Origin: Amoebidium appalachense
Taxonomy: Eukaryota > Protista > Ichthyosporea
Length of the DNA: 64,000 nucleotides
Reading direction: 5' to 3'
Assembly (NCBI GenBank): GCA_963693365.1
Contig: CAVNZM010000002.1
Location: 7,842,454-7,906,453 of the forward strand
Notes under the pieces: model-generated
What the model was told of the DNA's origin: nothing
What the model saw: only the letters and a program-made list of their open reading frames with translations
Databases searched by the model: none
Part shown: piece after piece, positions 28,201-41,106 of the stretch
How positions within the stretch are numbered: position 1 is the first letter of the stretch
How the letters are laid out: each line of letters opens with the position of its first letter
Program-made: the position numbers and the translations under genes

Positions 28201-28836
28201 TGATCGGCCATGGGAGATTCTTGAGCTGATTGAAAGATGTGAGATTCTTGAACTGATTGAAAGATGTGAGATTCGAAGGATGCGAGATTCTTGAACTGCG
28301 CGGTCGCCAATGTAAACAGTTGGCAATGTATAACAGTGTCCTGCCGCGGTCGCCAATGTAAACAGTTGGACTAGTTAGGATAAGGCAGAGTACAACTGAA
28401 TCAAAATAAAGACAGAGAACGGGTAGAAAGGCACACGCGGCCAGGTTGCTTTTACTATGGGCCGACTCAGTCTGTCTCAGACTTCACTGATGTGATCCCC
28501 GTACTGGGACGGCTTTCTTATATAGCCCCCAGGTTTCGGATCAAGGCCCAGGATTGGTTCATCCGCGGCCAGCGCGGGTGGCAACATGCCATTCGTGATT
28601 CTGGTGCGGTCCGAGCCAGTCAGACCTTTGTCCTATTTATGCAAACCTCTTATTGGTTCACTTCGTTTATGTGGTATGCAGCGGAAGAACCATATATGGT
28701 TCAATTCTTAGGTCAGAGTGAGTCCTATTGGTGCGGACATAATATTTATGTGATATTCATGACAAAGCACGAATCGTGTGCTAGTAGATCACATTCTTTA
28801 GTAAACATGTACAGTTCATGTGTACAGTTGTTTACA
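25226..28836 (-). mobile_element. Nested non-autonomous Gypsy-derived LTR element (3.6 kb)
   Basis: LTRs 25226-25706 and 28357-28836 (TGTAAACA...TGTTTACA), nearly identical; TSD ATAGA at 25221-25225 and 28837-28841; PBS TGGCGACCGCGGCAGGAC (matches the tRNA-Arg(TCG)-type 3' end GTCCTGCCGCGGTCG+CCA); [14 protein letters not shown] beside 25707. Confidence 0.95.
26198..27090 (-). pseudogene. Decayed pol fragments of the nested element
   Basis: EEHLGIFIHVF...AGLKLKGKKCSLFMKEVAF (RT C-terminal pattern) near 26230-26340 and KVLLTNTSDHHVYLGPGTEV (post-protease region) near 27000-27060, amid many stops and frameshifts. Confidence 0.65.
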
Positions 28837-28896
28837 ATAGACTAATCAGTCTCCTAAAAAAATTAAATTAAATGAATGACGAAGAAAAATAATAAA

Positions 28897-30828
28897 TTAA
28901 TCTACACCATAAGCTTGATACCTACGGAGACACCTATGATAATAAATTAAATTCCTACGGCTACGTTCACACTCCTCCTCGGTCTCCTTCCCCCCCTCCC
29001 CCTCCCCCCGTGTGTCTACGTGTATTTGCATCACTCCCCCCCCGGTCCCCTCCCCCACCGACTTTTTCACACCACAATTAAACTGAGGAATAACTCTCTT
29101 TGGCCTAGAGGGAGCACTAGGCAACTCCCTCTGCACTAATCTAGCCTCATAAGCACGAATAGAAAACGGGCAATCCAAATGAAACTCAGGCAACCACTGA
29201 TCTTCCTGATAACCTCCCTCAAAACGAATTAAATAATAATTTACCTTACCTTCCTTACCTTCGATAACCTTTTTATCCATAATTTTATCTACTGCAGCCT
29301 CCGATACATCCACCGACCCGTCATAGTCGGGGGTGAATGCATCTAACACTCGACGGCCCTCCGGCCGTTTAACCCTAAGGGCCCTATCATAATATTCCTT
29401 TATATCATCTACATTATAAAATCTAACATCACTCTCATTATCTAACCTCTGCACCTTATATTCCGTCGGACCTAACCTAGCCACTATTTTATACGGGCCA
29501 ATGAAAAGAGGCAACCATTTCTTACCATACTTACGAAGACCTTCACCTTCACCCTTACCTTCCTGCTCCTGCTTATATCTCTTTTTCCTAGTATGATCCC
29601 TAATTAAAACTAAAGTACCCTCGGCAAATTCACGTAACGGACGTGTGGACACGTCTGCACGTGTCTGTGCCTGCTGTGTACGGGCCAGAGCTGCATCACG
29701 TGCAGCCCGGGCCCGGGTTAGTAGCTGCTCCCGGAACTCAGTCCAGTGGGGATAAGTTAGTCGGTCAGCCCCCCCCATCGGCAAAAGTGCCGTATCTAAC
29801 AAACTAATAGCCTCCTGCCCATAGACCAAATAAAACGGAGAAAAACCAGTCACAGCATGAGGGGTAGAATTATATGAATGAGCAATAAACCTAGACATAT
29901 GATCCCAATCATTAGCCTCCACATCCACCATTTTGCCAAAGGACTTCTGAAACACTGCATGCACACGTTCAGAGATGGCATTTGCTTGAGGGTGATATGC
30001 AGACGTAGTGATATGAGCTACCCTTAAAATTTTACACACCTCCGACACCAACTGATTTAAAAACACACGACTCCTATCCGTTAACAAAACACGAGGACAA
30101 CCAAACCTAAGACAAATTTCATCCACAAAAATACGAGCAAACAAAACGGCATTAGCAGTGGGGAGAGGAAAAACTTCAACCCAACGAGTGGCCACATCGG
30201 TGACGGTAACAAGAACAGTGTTACCCTCAACCGTAGAATTAAAAGGACCGACCACATCCACGGCTACCCTTTCAAACATACGAACATTAAAATCCCTAAT
30301 AAACGACGGGCGGGAACGAGAGTGGGGACTCTCATTCCTTTCCTGACAATGCATGCATGACAACACATAATCCCTCACCTCCCTACTCATACCCGGCCAA
30401 AAATACGAACGATTAACACGAAGCAACGTCCTATTTACACCTAAATGACCAGCCATGGGATGCTCATGCACCATATGCAAAACCTCAGGCACAAGTGCCG
30501 TCGGGACCCAAACTCGGTGTCCGTCTGGCCCAGAACAATGATAAACTAAATCCTGCTCTACCTGACACATTTTTGCTAATTTAGCTACCTTAATCATCTG
30601 CCTTTTATTTTTAAATTTAATCGAATCAACCGGCCCCTTTAAATAATTCTTAACCAGACCAATCAACACATCTTCCTCCTGCGCTAAGATCAAAGCCGTA
30701 GGTGCTAAGGCAGGGGCCGAGCCATGAGACTCGGTCCCGACCTCAGACACTGACAAATACCGCCCCCCCCCTCCCCTACACTTATAAGCAAGCAACCCCG
30801 GAGCCCAAGAAGAAACATCAACAGACAC
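28897..30828 (-). CDS. Gypsy integrase with GPY/F module and chromodomain (3' part of pol)
   Basis: HHCC (HEHPMAGH...CMHC), D-D-E (VAVDVVGP, LLTDRS, NAISERVH), IGPYKIV, and chromodomain-like VDKIMDKK...YYLIRFEGG...DQWLPEFHL. Confidence 0.93.
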   Translation of the reverse strand: MSVDVSSWAPGLLAYKCRGGGGRYLSVSEVGTESHGSAPALAPTALILAQEEDVLIGLVKNYLKGPVDSIKFKNKRQMIKVAKLAKMCQVEQDLVYHCSGPDGHRVWVPTALVPEVLHMVHEHPMAGHLGVNRTLLRVNRSYFWPGMSREVRDYVLSCMHCQERNESPHSRSRPSFIRDFNVRMFERVAVDVVGPFNSTVEGNTVLVTVTDVATRWVEVFPLPTANAVLFARIFVDEICLRFGCPRVLLTDRSRVFLNQLVSEVCKILRVAHITTSAYHPQANAISERVHAVFQKSFGKMVDVEANDWDHMSRFIAHSYNSTPHAVTGFSPFYLVYGQEAISLLDTALLPMGGADRLTYPHWTEFREQLLTRARAARDAALARTQQAQTRADVSTRPLREFAEGTLVLIRDHTRKKRYKQEQEGKGEGEGLRKYGKKWLPLFIGPYKIVARLGPTEYKVQRLDNESDVRFYNVDDIKEYYDRALRVKRPEGRRVLDAFTPDYDGSVDVSEAAVDKIMDKKVIEGKEGKVNYYLIRFEGGYQEDQWLPEFHLDCPFSIRAYEARLVQRELPSAPSRPKRVIPQFNCGVKKSVGEGTGGGVMQIHVDTRGEGEGGKETEEECERSRRNLIYYHRCLRRYQAYGVD

Positions 30829-30847
30829 AGCATCTATTCCTTTCTGC

Positions 30848-31339
30848 TCACTCTCCCCCCCCCCTTCCCCCCTCCCCCCCCCCGTCTCTCACTAGCCCCC
30901 CCTCCCCCTCCTTCTCTTCTTCAAACAAAATATAAGCAGCACGAGAGAGAGCATCACAGTCAACCATTGTTTCACCCTTGGCATAAAACAATTTATAGGA
31001 GAACTCACCGAGAGCCGCGGCCCACTTCTGCATCCTCTCGTTGACCAGACGAGTGGTGCCGGCCATGGCTAGGCAGGGCTTGTGGTCGGTGTAGACCTCA
31101 AACGTCCTGCCTGCGAGTATATACCTCCATGCCTGTGAGACTGCCCAAAAGATAGCATGGGACTCTCTCTCCGGATTGCTATATCTACGTTCACTTTTAC
31201 TAAATGAACGACTAGCATAAGCAATCACTCTATCCTGCCCCTCCTGCACTTGATATAACACGGCCCCCTCAGCAACCTTACTTGCATCACACCGAACTTT
31301 AAACATCCCCCCCCCCGGCCGAAAAATCAGGATGAACAA
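30848..31339 (-). CDS. Gypsy RNase H (pol segment, frameshifted from RT and IN at G-runs)
   Basis: CDASKVAEGAVL, YASRSF, YSNPERESHAI, YTDHKP, DALSR. Confidence 0.9.
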   Translation of the reverse strand: MFILIFRPGGGMFKVRCDASKVAEGAVLYQVQEGQDRVIAYASRSFSKSERRYSNPERESHAIFWAVSQAWRYILAGRTFEVYTDHKPCLAMAGTTRLVNERMQKWAAALGEFSYKLFYAKGETMVDCDALSRAAYILFEEEKEGEGGLVRDGGGEGGRGGGE

Positions 31340-32426
31340 GCATACTCGAAGACTGCAAAGCTAACTTAAGCTTTTCGAAAGCAGAAACAGCATCAGCATT
31401 CCAATCAATTCTATTCTTCTTCTCCCCCCCCGTCTGACTAGTTAACGGCAAAGCAAGCATACTATAATCCTTAATATAACGACGAAGATAATAAGTTAAA
31501 CCTAAAAATTGCCTTAGTTGAGTGACAGTCTGAGGACGGGGCCACTCAACTATGGCCCGGATTTTCTCCGGATCAGGGGCAAGACCATTACCAGACACAA
31601 TATGACCTAAAAACTTAACCTCCGGCACACCAATCACAGTCTTGCTACCGCTAATACGAAGACCAGACTCACCCAAAGCTAAAAATACTTTTTCACAATT
31701 ATTAACTAACTCCTCAAATGACCTACCTTTAATTAAAACATCATCCAAATAAGGGTGGCATACATCCAAATGAGGGTGGAGAATTTTATACATTACCCGG
31801 CACAACATAGCTGGAGAGGAGAGCAAACCCATCGGCACCACCTTGTACTGGAACAGCTGGTCACCCAGTGCAAAGGCAGTCTTCTCCTTGCTGCTCTCCT
31901 CCAACCTTATCTGCCAAAAAGCTGCTTTTAAATCAAGTTTAGCAAAGTGAGTATAGCCGTGCAGCTGTGAAAGCTGCTCGTCTATGTTAGGGAGAGGCCA
32001 TTGGTCTGCCTTAGTGATCCGATTCAGAGCCCTGTAATCGTTCACTAGACGCCAAGACCCGTCGGGCTTCTTAACCAATAGCACCGGACTTCTCCACGGA
32101 CTCGAACTATGCTCCACATGACCCTTTTTTAACATATTACTCACTATTATTAGCGCATCCGACAATTTATACTGCTCCATTCTATAGCTAGGCATCACTA
32201 CCGGCCTATTATCACCTGTGTCGATCTGCATTTCAAACCCTTTAACGAAGCCTACTTCGTTATCATCGGCCAGAAATGCAAACCGAGTCCTATCAAATAA
32301 CTTAGCTAGCAATTTTTTCTGTTCTACCGTCCAATCCCCCTCCTTCATACCAAACGGCAATACTAACTCCGGGTTACCCCCATCACAAGTGGATGCATCC
32401 TTATTCACCGGAGTGCCACTTAACAT
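31299..32426 (-). CDS. Gypsy reverse transcriptase (pol segment)
   Basis: SPWRSPVLLVKKPDGSWRLVNDYRALN, LDLKAAFWQI, PMGL, YLDD, FLGH, LRQFLGL. Confidence 0.95.
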   Translation of the reverse strand: MLSGTPVNKDASTCDGGNPELVLPFGMKEGDWTVEQKKLLAKLFDRTRFAFLADDNEVGFVKGFEMQIDTGDNRPVVMPSYRMEQYKLSDALIIVSNMLKKGHVEHSSSPWRSPVLLVKKPDGSWRLVNDYRALNRITKADQWPLPNIDEQLSQLHGYTHFAKLDLKAAFWQIRLEESSKEKTAFALGDQLFQYKVVPMGLLSSPAMLCRVMYKILHPHLDVCHPYLDDVLIKGRSFEELVNNCEKVFLALGESGLRISGSKTVIGVPEVKFLGHIVSGNGLAPDPEKIRAIVEWPRPQTVTQLRQFLGLTYYLRRYIKDYSMLALPLTSQTGGEKKNRIDWNADAVSAFEKLKLALQSSSMLVHPDFSAGGGDV

Positions 32427-32888
32427 TTCACCTCCTGTATTACATCGGTGCTGCTCGGGGTGAGGGTGAGGTACCTCCGGATATAGGCGGTCACCCTTAG
32501 CACCCCCCCTCCCCCCGGCACACCAATGCCCCCGGGCAATTCCTGATGAGTTAGTGCATGTATGTGGGGGGCCAGGTCTGTGGCCACCCTGCCCCCACGG
32601 TGTTGGTTAACCCGTCAGATCCACGGGTTAGACCAACACCCTCCCCCCCTGCCTGCACATTCTCACACCCGGGGTGACCCTCCTTCCTCTTGGGGGTCGG
32701 GGGAGTGGGACCGGTGCTGTCCCGGTCCCCCCCCCCATCGTGTCGGGTGACATTTTGGTGGCTAACGTTAAATAAAGTTGTTCCCCCTCCTCCTGAGTCA
32801 CCCTTCGAGCCGGCATCCTCCTTTTGGGTAATAAGAGAGACCTCTATACTACCAATCTCATTAGTGAAACTACCGACGGAAACACCTG

Positions 32889-35477
32889 CCAGATCAGCAA
32901 ACTTCATCCGGCATCCGAAACCCATCTTATATATCATTTTGATATATGACATACCAAACCCCACCCTAAATACGTCAAAAAGAGCCTGACAAGATATCAT
33001 AGAATTCCCGGATAGAACCCATCAGATCCCTATCAATGATATCTTTGATAGGGTTCGGATTGGTTATGGTATGGCGCATATCCGAAACCCATCCTTTGCT
33101 GATATCCTTACGATATCCTTACGATATCATAGAAAACCACGATGGTTTTGGTTTTTGACCGAAAATCTCAAAATTTCCTCATAGCATTATGATATCCATA
33201 TGCTATCCTAGTGATATGTATGTTAGCAAGGTCATAATAGCTCTTTTGGATATGTTTCACATACGTTTAGGATATTGGTGCCCCAAACGATATCTGTTAG
33301 ATGTCTTTGTTATAGCCTACAGATATCCCTCATTATAGAATATCTTAATCCCATCCAATACGCATTACATGACGATATCTACCTGATGTCGTGGGACAAT
33401 ACAAATTGATATCCACGTGATATCTGATGGATAACATGTATGCTTATAAATTGAATATAATACAGATGTTGTTTTGATATCGTCTGGACATCGTTGTGAT
33501 GTACCTACAACCATTTTTTTTGATATCGTTATGCGCCCATGGGGGTAATCCAGAAGATACCCTTGTACACAACCAGTAGGCATGTTGAAGACATCCTTTT
33601 GATATCCTTTCGGATATCCCTTTGTCCACAGGCCCAAGATATGATATCTAATTCATATCATTGTACAGGTCGTAAGGATATGTACCAAATATATCTAAAT
33701 AAAGACTTGTGATATATGTGATTGGTATGTGTAAGATGCCCCTATGTACATCAATGTGATATGCTGTAACTTATCATTTGAATATCCCGCTCTGTCTAAA
33801 ACGGCAGCATTGTGGGTATCCTTTTGATATTCTTTTTGATATCCCTTTTATATTCAATATGTTATCTGTTTTTGGTCCTACATCTCAAACATATCACAAC
33901 TGCCTCTTTGCAGGCCCAAGCTACGATATCTAATTCATATCTTTGTACACGTCGTAAGGATATGTACCTGATATATCTAAATAAAGACTAGTGAGTTGTG
34001 TGATTGATATCGGTAAGATGTCGCTATGTACATCAATGTGATATGCTGTAACCTATCATTTGAATATCCTAATCTGTCCAGAGCAGTAGTCCACGAGGTA
34101 TCATCTACATATCTTTTAGAGGCCCTTAGATTATCATTGCGATATCCGCATAGGGATATATTTATATATCGAATTCATAAGTATATGATACATAAGCTTG
34201 CCATCCCAGTGATATCTAAGCGGCAGTATTGTGGATATTAGAAAGATATCAGAAGAACATCCGTGCACTAGAAGGTCAGTGTCTTTTGTAAGTACATCAA
34301 TGTGATATCTAAACGGCAGCATTGTGGATATTAGAAAGATATCAGAAGAACAATCGAAAAATCCTTTAGATGTCTATTAGATGTCCGATGAGAATGGTTG
34401 CGATATACGCGCAAAGAAAATTTTTGTGATCAAGCCAGCTGAGCAATCGTTGGGAAACCCGCCAATTACTCACACGGGGCATTGCGGGGCTCATTGCGGC
34501 CATCTGAATGTGATGGTGGCATGGCCATTTATATAGGGCCAGGAAATCACTTTTCCGTTCGATTGTGGGACGAAAATCACAAAATGGCAAACCCGATTTT
34601 GATTGGTTGTTATTCTTCAAAACGGCATGCTCAGGGTCACCCAACTGTGATCAGCCAATCACGTTTCATGTTTAATTGAGATTATCGCATACATCTAATG
34701 AAGATATGTTTCTGCCATCTTTACGACATCGCAACGACCTGATCTTCTATGGTCTGATCTTGTACATATCCCACAGGGGTCATAAACATCTCATAATGAT
34801 ATTTGTTAGATAAACACGCAACCACAACGGCCGCAAATAAAACTAAATTACCCCATTTGGCAAGTGCCATGTGGCAGAGTGTAAATTGCGAACGTCCGAA
34901 ACACTAAACACTAGGCAAAATAGAGCAATCTAGTAACTACATAGTACCAATTTCGAGCATCGAAGCAGGAAAATGGTTATTTATTGCAATTTTATATTTT
35001 GTGTGTTCCGAGGATGTTACCACCTTTGAAGGTTTATTAGCGCCTGAAAACAATACCTTACTGCATTAGGGCGGGTGCACATCACAGGCACGTGCACATT
35101 CTCCGGACACCAGATGATATATCGCAAGATATCCGTACGATATCTAATGTATGTATTGTTGATATCATTCTATTCTCATGCATCGTAGTTATAATGAACG
35201 TTACCATTTTATGACTATTTATGATATAAAACGCTAGTTACGCTTGTGCTTTCTATAACCGGTAACGCACGTTAACATTATGCCTCCGCGCGCGTGAACT
35301 ACAAAGTATGTGAAAACTGCAACGTAGTGATACACACTCTTCTTCTGAACCTATGTCGTCAATCATGACACACACACACACACACACACACAGCGAGACA
35401 CGCACGCTGCCACACACACACACACAAACACACACACACAGAGAGAGATACACACACACAGACAGACACGTTGCCCT

Positions 35478-35508
<31 letters not shown>

Positions 35509-35541
35509 GCCACACACACACACACACACACAGGCACGTTG

Positions 35542-35621
<80 letters not shown>

Positions 35622-35669
35622 ACACACACGTTACCATGCGCACCTACCCCCCCCCCCCCCCCCCTCCCC

Positions 35670-35700
<31 letters not shown>

Positions 35701-35769
35701 ACACACGTACATACACACACCCAAACACATGCCCGTGTGCACGTACATCGGTAGACACGAACGCGCGAG

Positions 35770-35801
<32 letters not shown>

Positions 35802-38513
35802 GTGTTCACATAAAGACAGGGTACACCACGGTTGCCTCGATATTCCTCTGTTCTTTATCTACACATTCTCGGCTCACTCTCCCGTTCATAAAATATCTCC
35901 TCCCTTGTAGCACCTTGTAGCATAGTATATGTACATATGTTACCTAGACATTATTGGTTTTTCAATAACTACCCACAGAACAGCCTCTAGCACGAGAAAT
36001 TTACCACAACGTTTATGGGGGGGATGGTAAATGTGCCCCTGGAGTACGAGGGTCACACGAAAAAAACACAACCTTGTAGCTCGAATAGAACCCCCCTTGT
36101 AGCATAGTATAAGTACATGTGTTACCTAGACATTATTCGTTTTTTCAATAACTACCCACAGAACAGCTTCTAGCACGAGAGCTTTACCACAAAGTTTATG
36201 GGGGGGATGGTGAATGTGCCCCTGGAGTACGAGGGTCACACGAAAAAAACACAACGTTGTAGCTCGTATAGAACCCCCCTTGTAGCATAGTATATGTACA
36301 TAGTATGTTACCTAGACATTATTGGTTTTTTCAATAACTACCCACAGAACAGCTTCTAGCACGAGACATTTACCACAAAGTTTATGGGGGAGATGGTGAA
36401 TGTGCCCCTGGAGTACGAGGGTCACACGAAAAAAACACAATGTTGTAGCTCGAATAGACCCCCCTTGTAGCATAGTATATGTCCATGTGTTACCTAGACA
36501 TTATTGGTTGTTTCAATAACTACCCACAGAACAGCTTCTAGCACGAGACATTTACCACAACGTGTATGGGGGGGATGTTGAATGTGCCCCTGGAGTACAA
36601 GGGTCACACGAAAAAAACACAACGTTGTAGCTCGTATAGAACCCCCCTTGTAGCATAGTATATGTACATAGTATGTTACCTAGACATTATTGGTTTTTTC
36701 AATAACTACCCACAGAACAGCTTCTAGCACGAGAGCTTTACCACAACGTTTATGGGGGGATGGTGAATGTGCCCCTGGAGTACGAGGGTCACACGAAAAA
36801 AACACAACGTTGTAGCTCGTATAGAACCCCCCTTGTAGCATAGTATATGTACATATGTTACCTAGACATTATTGGTTTTTCAATAGCTACCCACAGAACA
36901 GCCTCTAGCACGAGAGATTTACCACAAAGTTTATGGGGTGGATGGTGAATGTGCCCCTGGAGTACGAGGGTCACACGAAAAAAACACAACATTGTAGCTC
37001 GAATAGAACCCCCCTTGTAGCATAGTATAAGTACATGTGTTACCTAGACATTATTCGTTTTTTCAATAACTACCCACAGAACAGCTTCTAGCACGAGAGC
37101 TTTACCACAACGTGTATGGGGGGGATGGTGAATGTGCCCCTGGAGTACGAGGGTCACACGAAAAAAGCACAACGTTGTAGCTCGTATAGAACCCCCCTTG
37201 TAGCATAGTATATGTACATAGTATGTTACCTAGACATTATTGGTTTTTTCAATAACTACCCACAGAACAGCTTCTAGCACGAGAGCTTTACCACAACGTT
37301 TATGGGGGGGATGGTGAATGTGCCCCTGGAGTACGAGGGTCACACGAAAAAAACACAACGTTGTAGCTCGTATAGAACCCCCCTTGTAGCATAGTATATG
37401 TACATATATATGTTACCTAGACATTATTGGTTTTTCAATAACTACCCACAGAACAGCCTCTAGGACGAGAGATTTACCACAACGTTTATGGGGTGGATGG
37501 TGAATGTGCCCCTGGAGTACGAGGGGCACACGAAAAAAACACAACATTGTAGCTCGAATAGAACCCTCCTTGTAGCATAGCATATGTACATGTGTTACCT
37601 AGACATTATTCGTTTTTTCAATAACTACCCACAGAACAGCTTCTAGCACGAGAACTTTACCGCAAAGTTTATGGGGGGGATGGTGAATGTGCCCCTGGAG
37701 TACGAGGGTCACACGAAAAAAACACAACGTTGTAGCTCGTATAGAACCCCCTTTGTAGCATAGTATATGTACATCATACGGTATGTTACCTAGACATTAT
37801 TGGTTTTTTCAATAACTACCCACATGCGGCATGTGTTACTTTCACGTTATTGGTTTCCTAGCACGGGATATTCAGCACACAGTTGGGGATGTGGGGGCAG
37901 TGTACACCTCAATATTGGTAAGGTGGTGGGTGGGTTGGGGGGGGGGGGGGGGGGGGGGGGGGAGGGGGGGGGGGGTTCCACACAACCGAAACTGTCGGTG
38001 TTACAAGTGGTTCGGTCTTAAGAAGTTAGAACGGTGATTTTTTAATTAATAGCGGGAAACAATATTATCCCCATTGCATATGGGGGGAACGAGGAGGGGG
38101 GAGGGGGGGGGGGGGGGGGGGTTCACAACGAATTCTATCGACTGTGCATAATTAATGTATATTGCACATGTAGCCTGAAAGATTAAAGTGAATGTGTGTA
38201 TGTATATGTGCGAGTATATTTGTGTATGCAATACATGTACAATGTTTTCGTCTTTGTAGGTGGGTGGGTGGGGTGGGTGGGGGGGGGGGGGGGGGGGGGG
38301 GGTGCGCGGGGGGAAGAGGGAGGGGGGGAGGGGGCATCATGATCAGGGATAACAGGGTGTGTGCGTGTGTGCGCTTGTGTGTGCATGTGCTGTGTGTGTT
38401 GTGTAGGTGTGCGCCTGTGTGTGTGTGCGTGCCTGTGTGTGCGCGCCTGTGTGTGTGTGTGTGTGTGTGTGTGCAGTGTGCATGTGTGAGTGTGTGTGCG
38501 TGCGCGCGTGCGC

Positions 38514-38544
<31 letters not shown>

Positions 38545-39404
38545 TGTGTGATTTCAAAGAAGTGGAAAGCGCCAGTGACACCCATGTTGAAAAAAAGACA
38601 AGCAAGCACGCTAAGAAGGACAGCAAGAAGTAACAGAAACCCTTTCATGCCGAAAAAATGGTCAAGAACAAAGAAGTGGAGGACACGTAACTATAGTCTG
38701 ATAGTTGTGACTAAGGGCACTAAGGGTAGCGCTAAGGGCACCAAGCTGATGCACGCGCGCGCGCGAGCCGAAATCTATTTTTATCTTTTTCCTAATCAGG
38801 CGCGGCGAATAGTGATTGGCTAAATCCCAATCCGGTTTGCAATTTTTTTCTCCATTTAAGCCTGTACGCACGTTGTTTTCTCCATTTCTCTTCCCCCTTC
38901 CCGCAGGTCCGCAGGTCCTTTCCCGCAGGTCGCCTGGTCGCAGGTCCCTTCCCGCAGGTCGCCTGGTCGCAGTTCCCTTCCCGCAGCGCCTGGTCACAGA
39001 TCCCCTCCGCAGATCGCGCAGCCACCGTGCTGATTGTTTTGGACCATGCTGCATGCTGCAGCTTCTTCTTGAAGGTTAGTTTTGTGTTGCCTGCTTTTGT
39101 GCATATGGCGTTTGTCTGTCTGGTCTGTGTCTGTGTCTGTGTGTGTGTGTGTGTATGTGTGTGTGCGTGCGTGCGTGTGCGTGTGTCTGCTGGCTGCAGA
39201 TGCACGTTGCCTTTCACGTTCATGAACCAGCGACTGTGGGCACTACTTTTGCTGTTAGCACTATAGCTATCATCCCCTCCACCGATCGTTCAAGCTATTT
39301 TCTGCTTCTCTAGACTTCATAAGTTCTGGTCCGGGTTTCCGTCCTTACTATGTTTAAGGTTGGTTCTGTCGACTCTTTTTTTGCCACTCTCAGTCAGCCC
39401 CCTC

Positions 39405-39452
<48 letters not shown>

Positions 39453-41106
39453 CCCCACTTCTCGCAAGTAGGATGAGCTAATTCTTAGCTCGAGTTCCTT
39501 TACAGGTTTTGGCAAGGTTGGCCCATGAAGTCATCAGCAGCTATAAGGCTACGTTATCATCTAGAGGTGGGTACCGGCTCTTTGTCCTATGGCTGCTGTT
39601 GTTTCCGTTTTTCGTTTCATAGGTGGGTACCGGCTCTTTGTCCTGTTAAGGTAAATAAAGTATGGAGGCAAGACCCTGTGGGTCTGGTTCTTTGTCCTAT
39701 GGCTGCTGTTGTTTCCGTGTTTCGTTTCTGTGTATTGCGAAAATCATTCTTAATAAATCTTAATTATACCTTAAATTTATCGTTTTGATATATGTGCTGT
39801 ATGTCAAAAAGATGTGACAGAGTTATGTTAACGATATGCTACTAATATCATAAGGAATGGTTACGATATTCCGAGCGTCGGGGTGTGATCTGATTGGATG
39901 ACGACACGACCTTTAACTTCAGTTAGTCTTGCCGTGATTGGCCTAGAGCGCACTCACCGAAATAACCAGGCTATGGACATTTCTATTGGGTTAGAGGAAT
40001 CGAATAACCGGGTTAATGGGTGAGTGCGCTGCTAGCCAATCAAAGCGATCACTAGGAAAATGAGCCTGAAATGTGAATGTAATGATGTATGAATCAAATA
40101 ACCGAGTTAAAGTTTGCATAATGTATCAATAAAGTGAATGCTAAATCTTTATGGGTCATATCGTAACCGGATCATGTCGGCTCGTGTCCTCGCTCGACCT
40201 CGTTATTTCGGCTCGCCTTGACGATTATTTTGGCTCGCCTATCGGCTCGCCAAAATAACCGACGGCTCGCCGAAATAACTTCGGTCTCGCTCGGCCACTC
40301 GCCCCATGACTCCTGATTAGCTGATAAACTACTATATGTTTTAACGATATGTAACAGATACTAGAAAGATGTCGTGTAGAGGACATACAGCCAGAACTTC
40401 TCATATCTTTAAAGGCTCCTAAAACTATCAAAACGATATTATTACGAAATTTCTTTTGACCCATCCTAGTTATCTTTATGTTATGAGGCTTATATCGTTA
40501 TGACATTTAACGTATGATCTTTAGATAATGTTTTCGGCATCCTATACCTATCCGTTGTATATGAAAAGGACATCTGTAATAGTATCTTATAGATGTATTA
40601 CCATATACGAAACCTCCTATAATGACCTCGAAATGATATCATATAGATATATATGTATCTTATGATCGATTATCATATATATCGTAAGGATATGTGATAG
40701 CTACCATAAGGATATGGGGAAGGGCTCCTAATCCGCTATTAGAGATATCTTTATTATGTCTAAAACGCTTCTGAACATCAGACTAAAAAGATTTTATGAT
40801 ATCAAATAGACTATCATAATGGTATCATACGGATATAACGAGGTTGTTGAATACATGGAACACAGGATAGAACAACGATGGGTTCAGGGTGCTCCAAATG
40901 AGCCCATTATGAGATCATTTTGATATCTAGCAAAAGATACCAAAATGATATCCAGAAAACCCGTGATAGCAAAACGATGCTGTTATGTTATCTAAAAGAC
41001 AAGAGGGGGATAAAGAGTGGCAAAAAGATGGGTTTGTGGGTTTATGATATCTTTAATGGGTTTTTAATGGGTTTCGGATGCCGGATGAAGTTTGCTGATG
41101 CAGAGG
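32889..41106. mobile_element. 8.2-kb non-autonomous TIR DNA transposon (CMC/EnSpm-like) inserted in pol
   Basis: Perfect 33-bp inverted repeat ATCAGCAAACTTCATCCGGCATCCGAAACCCAT at 32893-32925 and 41067-41099. CTG duplicated at 32886-32888 and 41107-41109; removal restores in-frame pol IEPIVIRS-GVSVGSF. Long GATATC-rich subterminal regions. Confidence 0.88.
35913..37823. repeat. Satellite-like tandem array, 182-186-bp monomer, 10 full copies plus a partial one
   Basis: Units start at about 35913, 36095, 36278, 36463, 36646, 36831, 37013, 37196, 37382, 37568, 37751 (CCTTGTAGCATAGTA...CACACGAAAAAAACACAAC...AGAACCCC); no ORF in the track across the array. Confidence 0.97.

Noticed and set aside
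35913-37823. CRISPR array or tandem RNA gene cluster
   Set aside because: Whole monomers repeat with no unique spacers; no recognisable 5S, tRNA, snRNA or hammerhead core motifs seen.
38550-39030. Lys-rich exon-like fragment and CGCAGGTC repeats inside the 8.2-kb element
   Set aside because: In-frame stop and no identifiable product; the repeats are too short to interpret.
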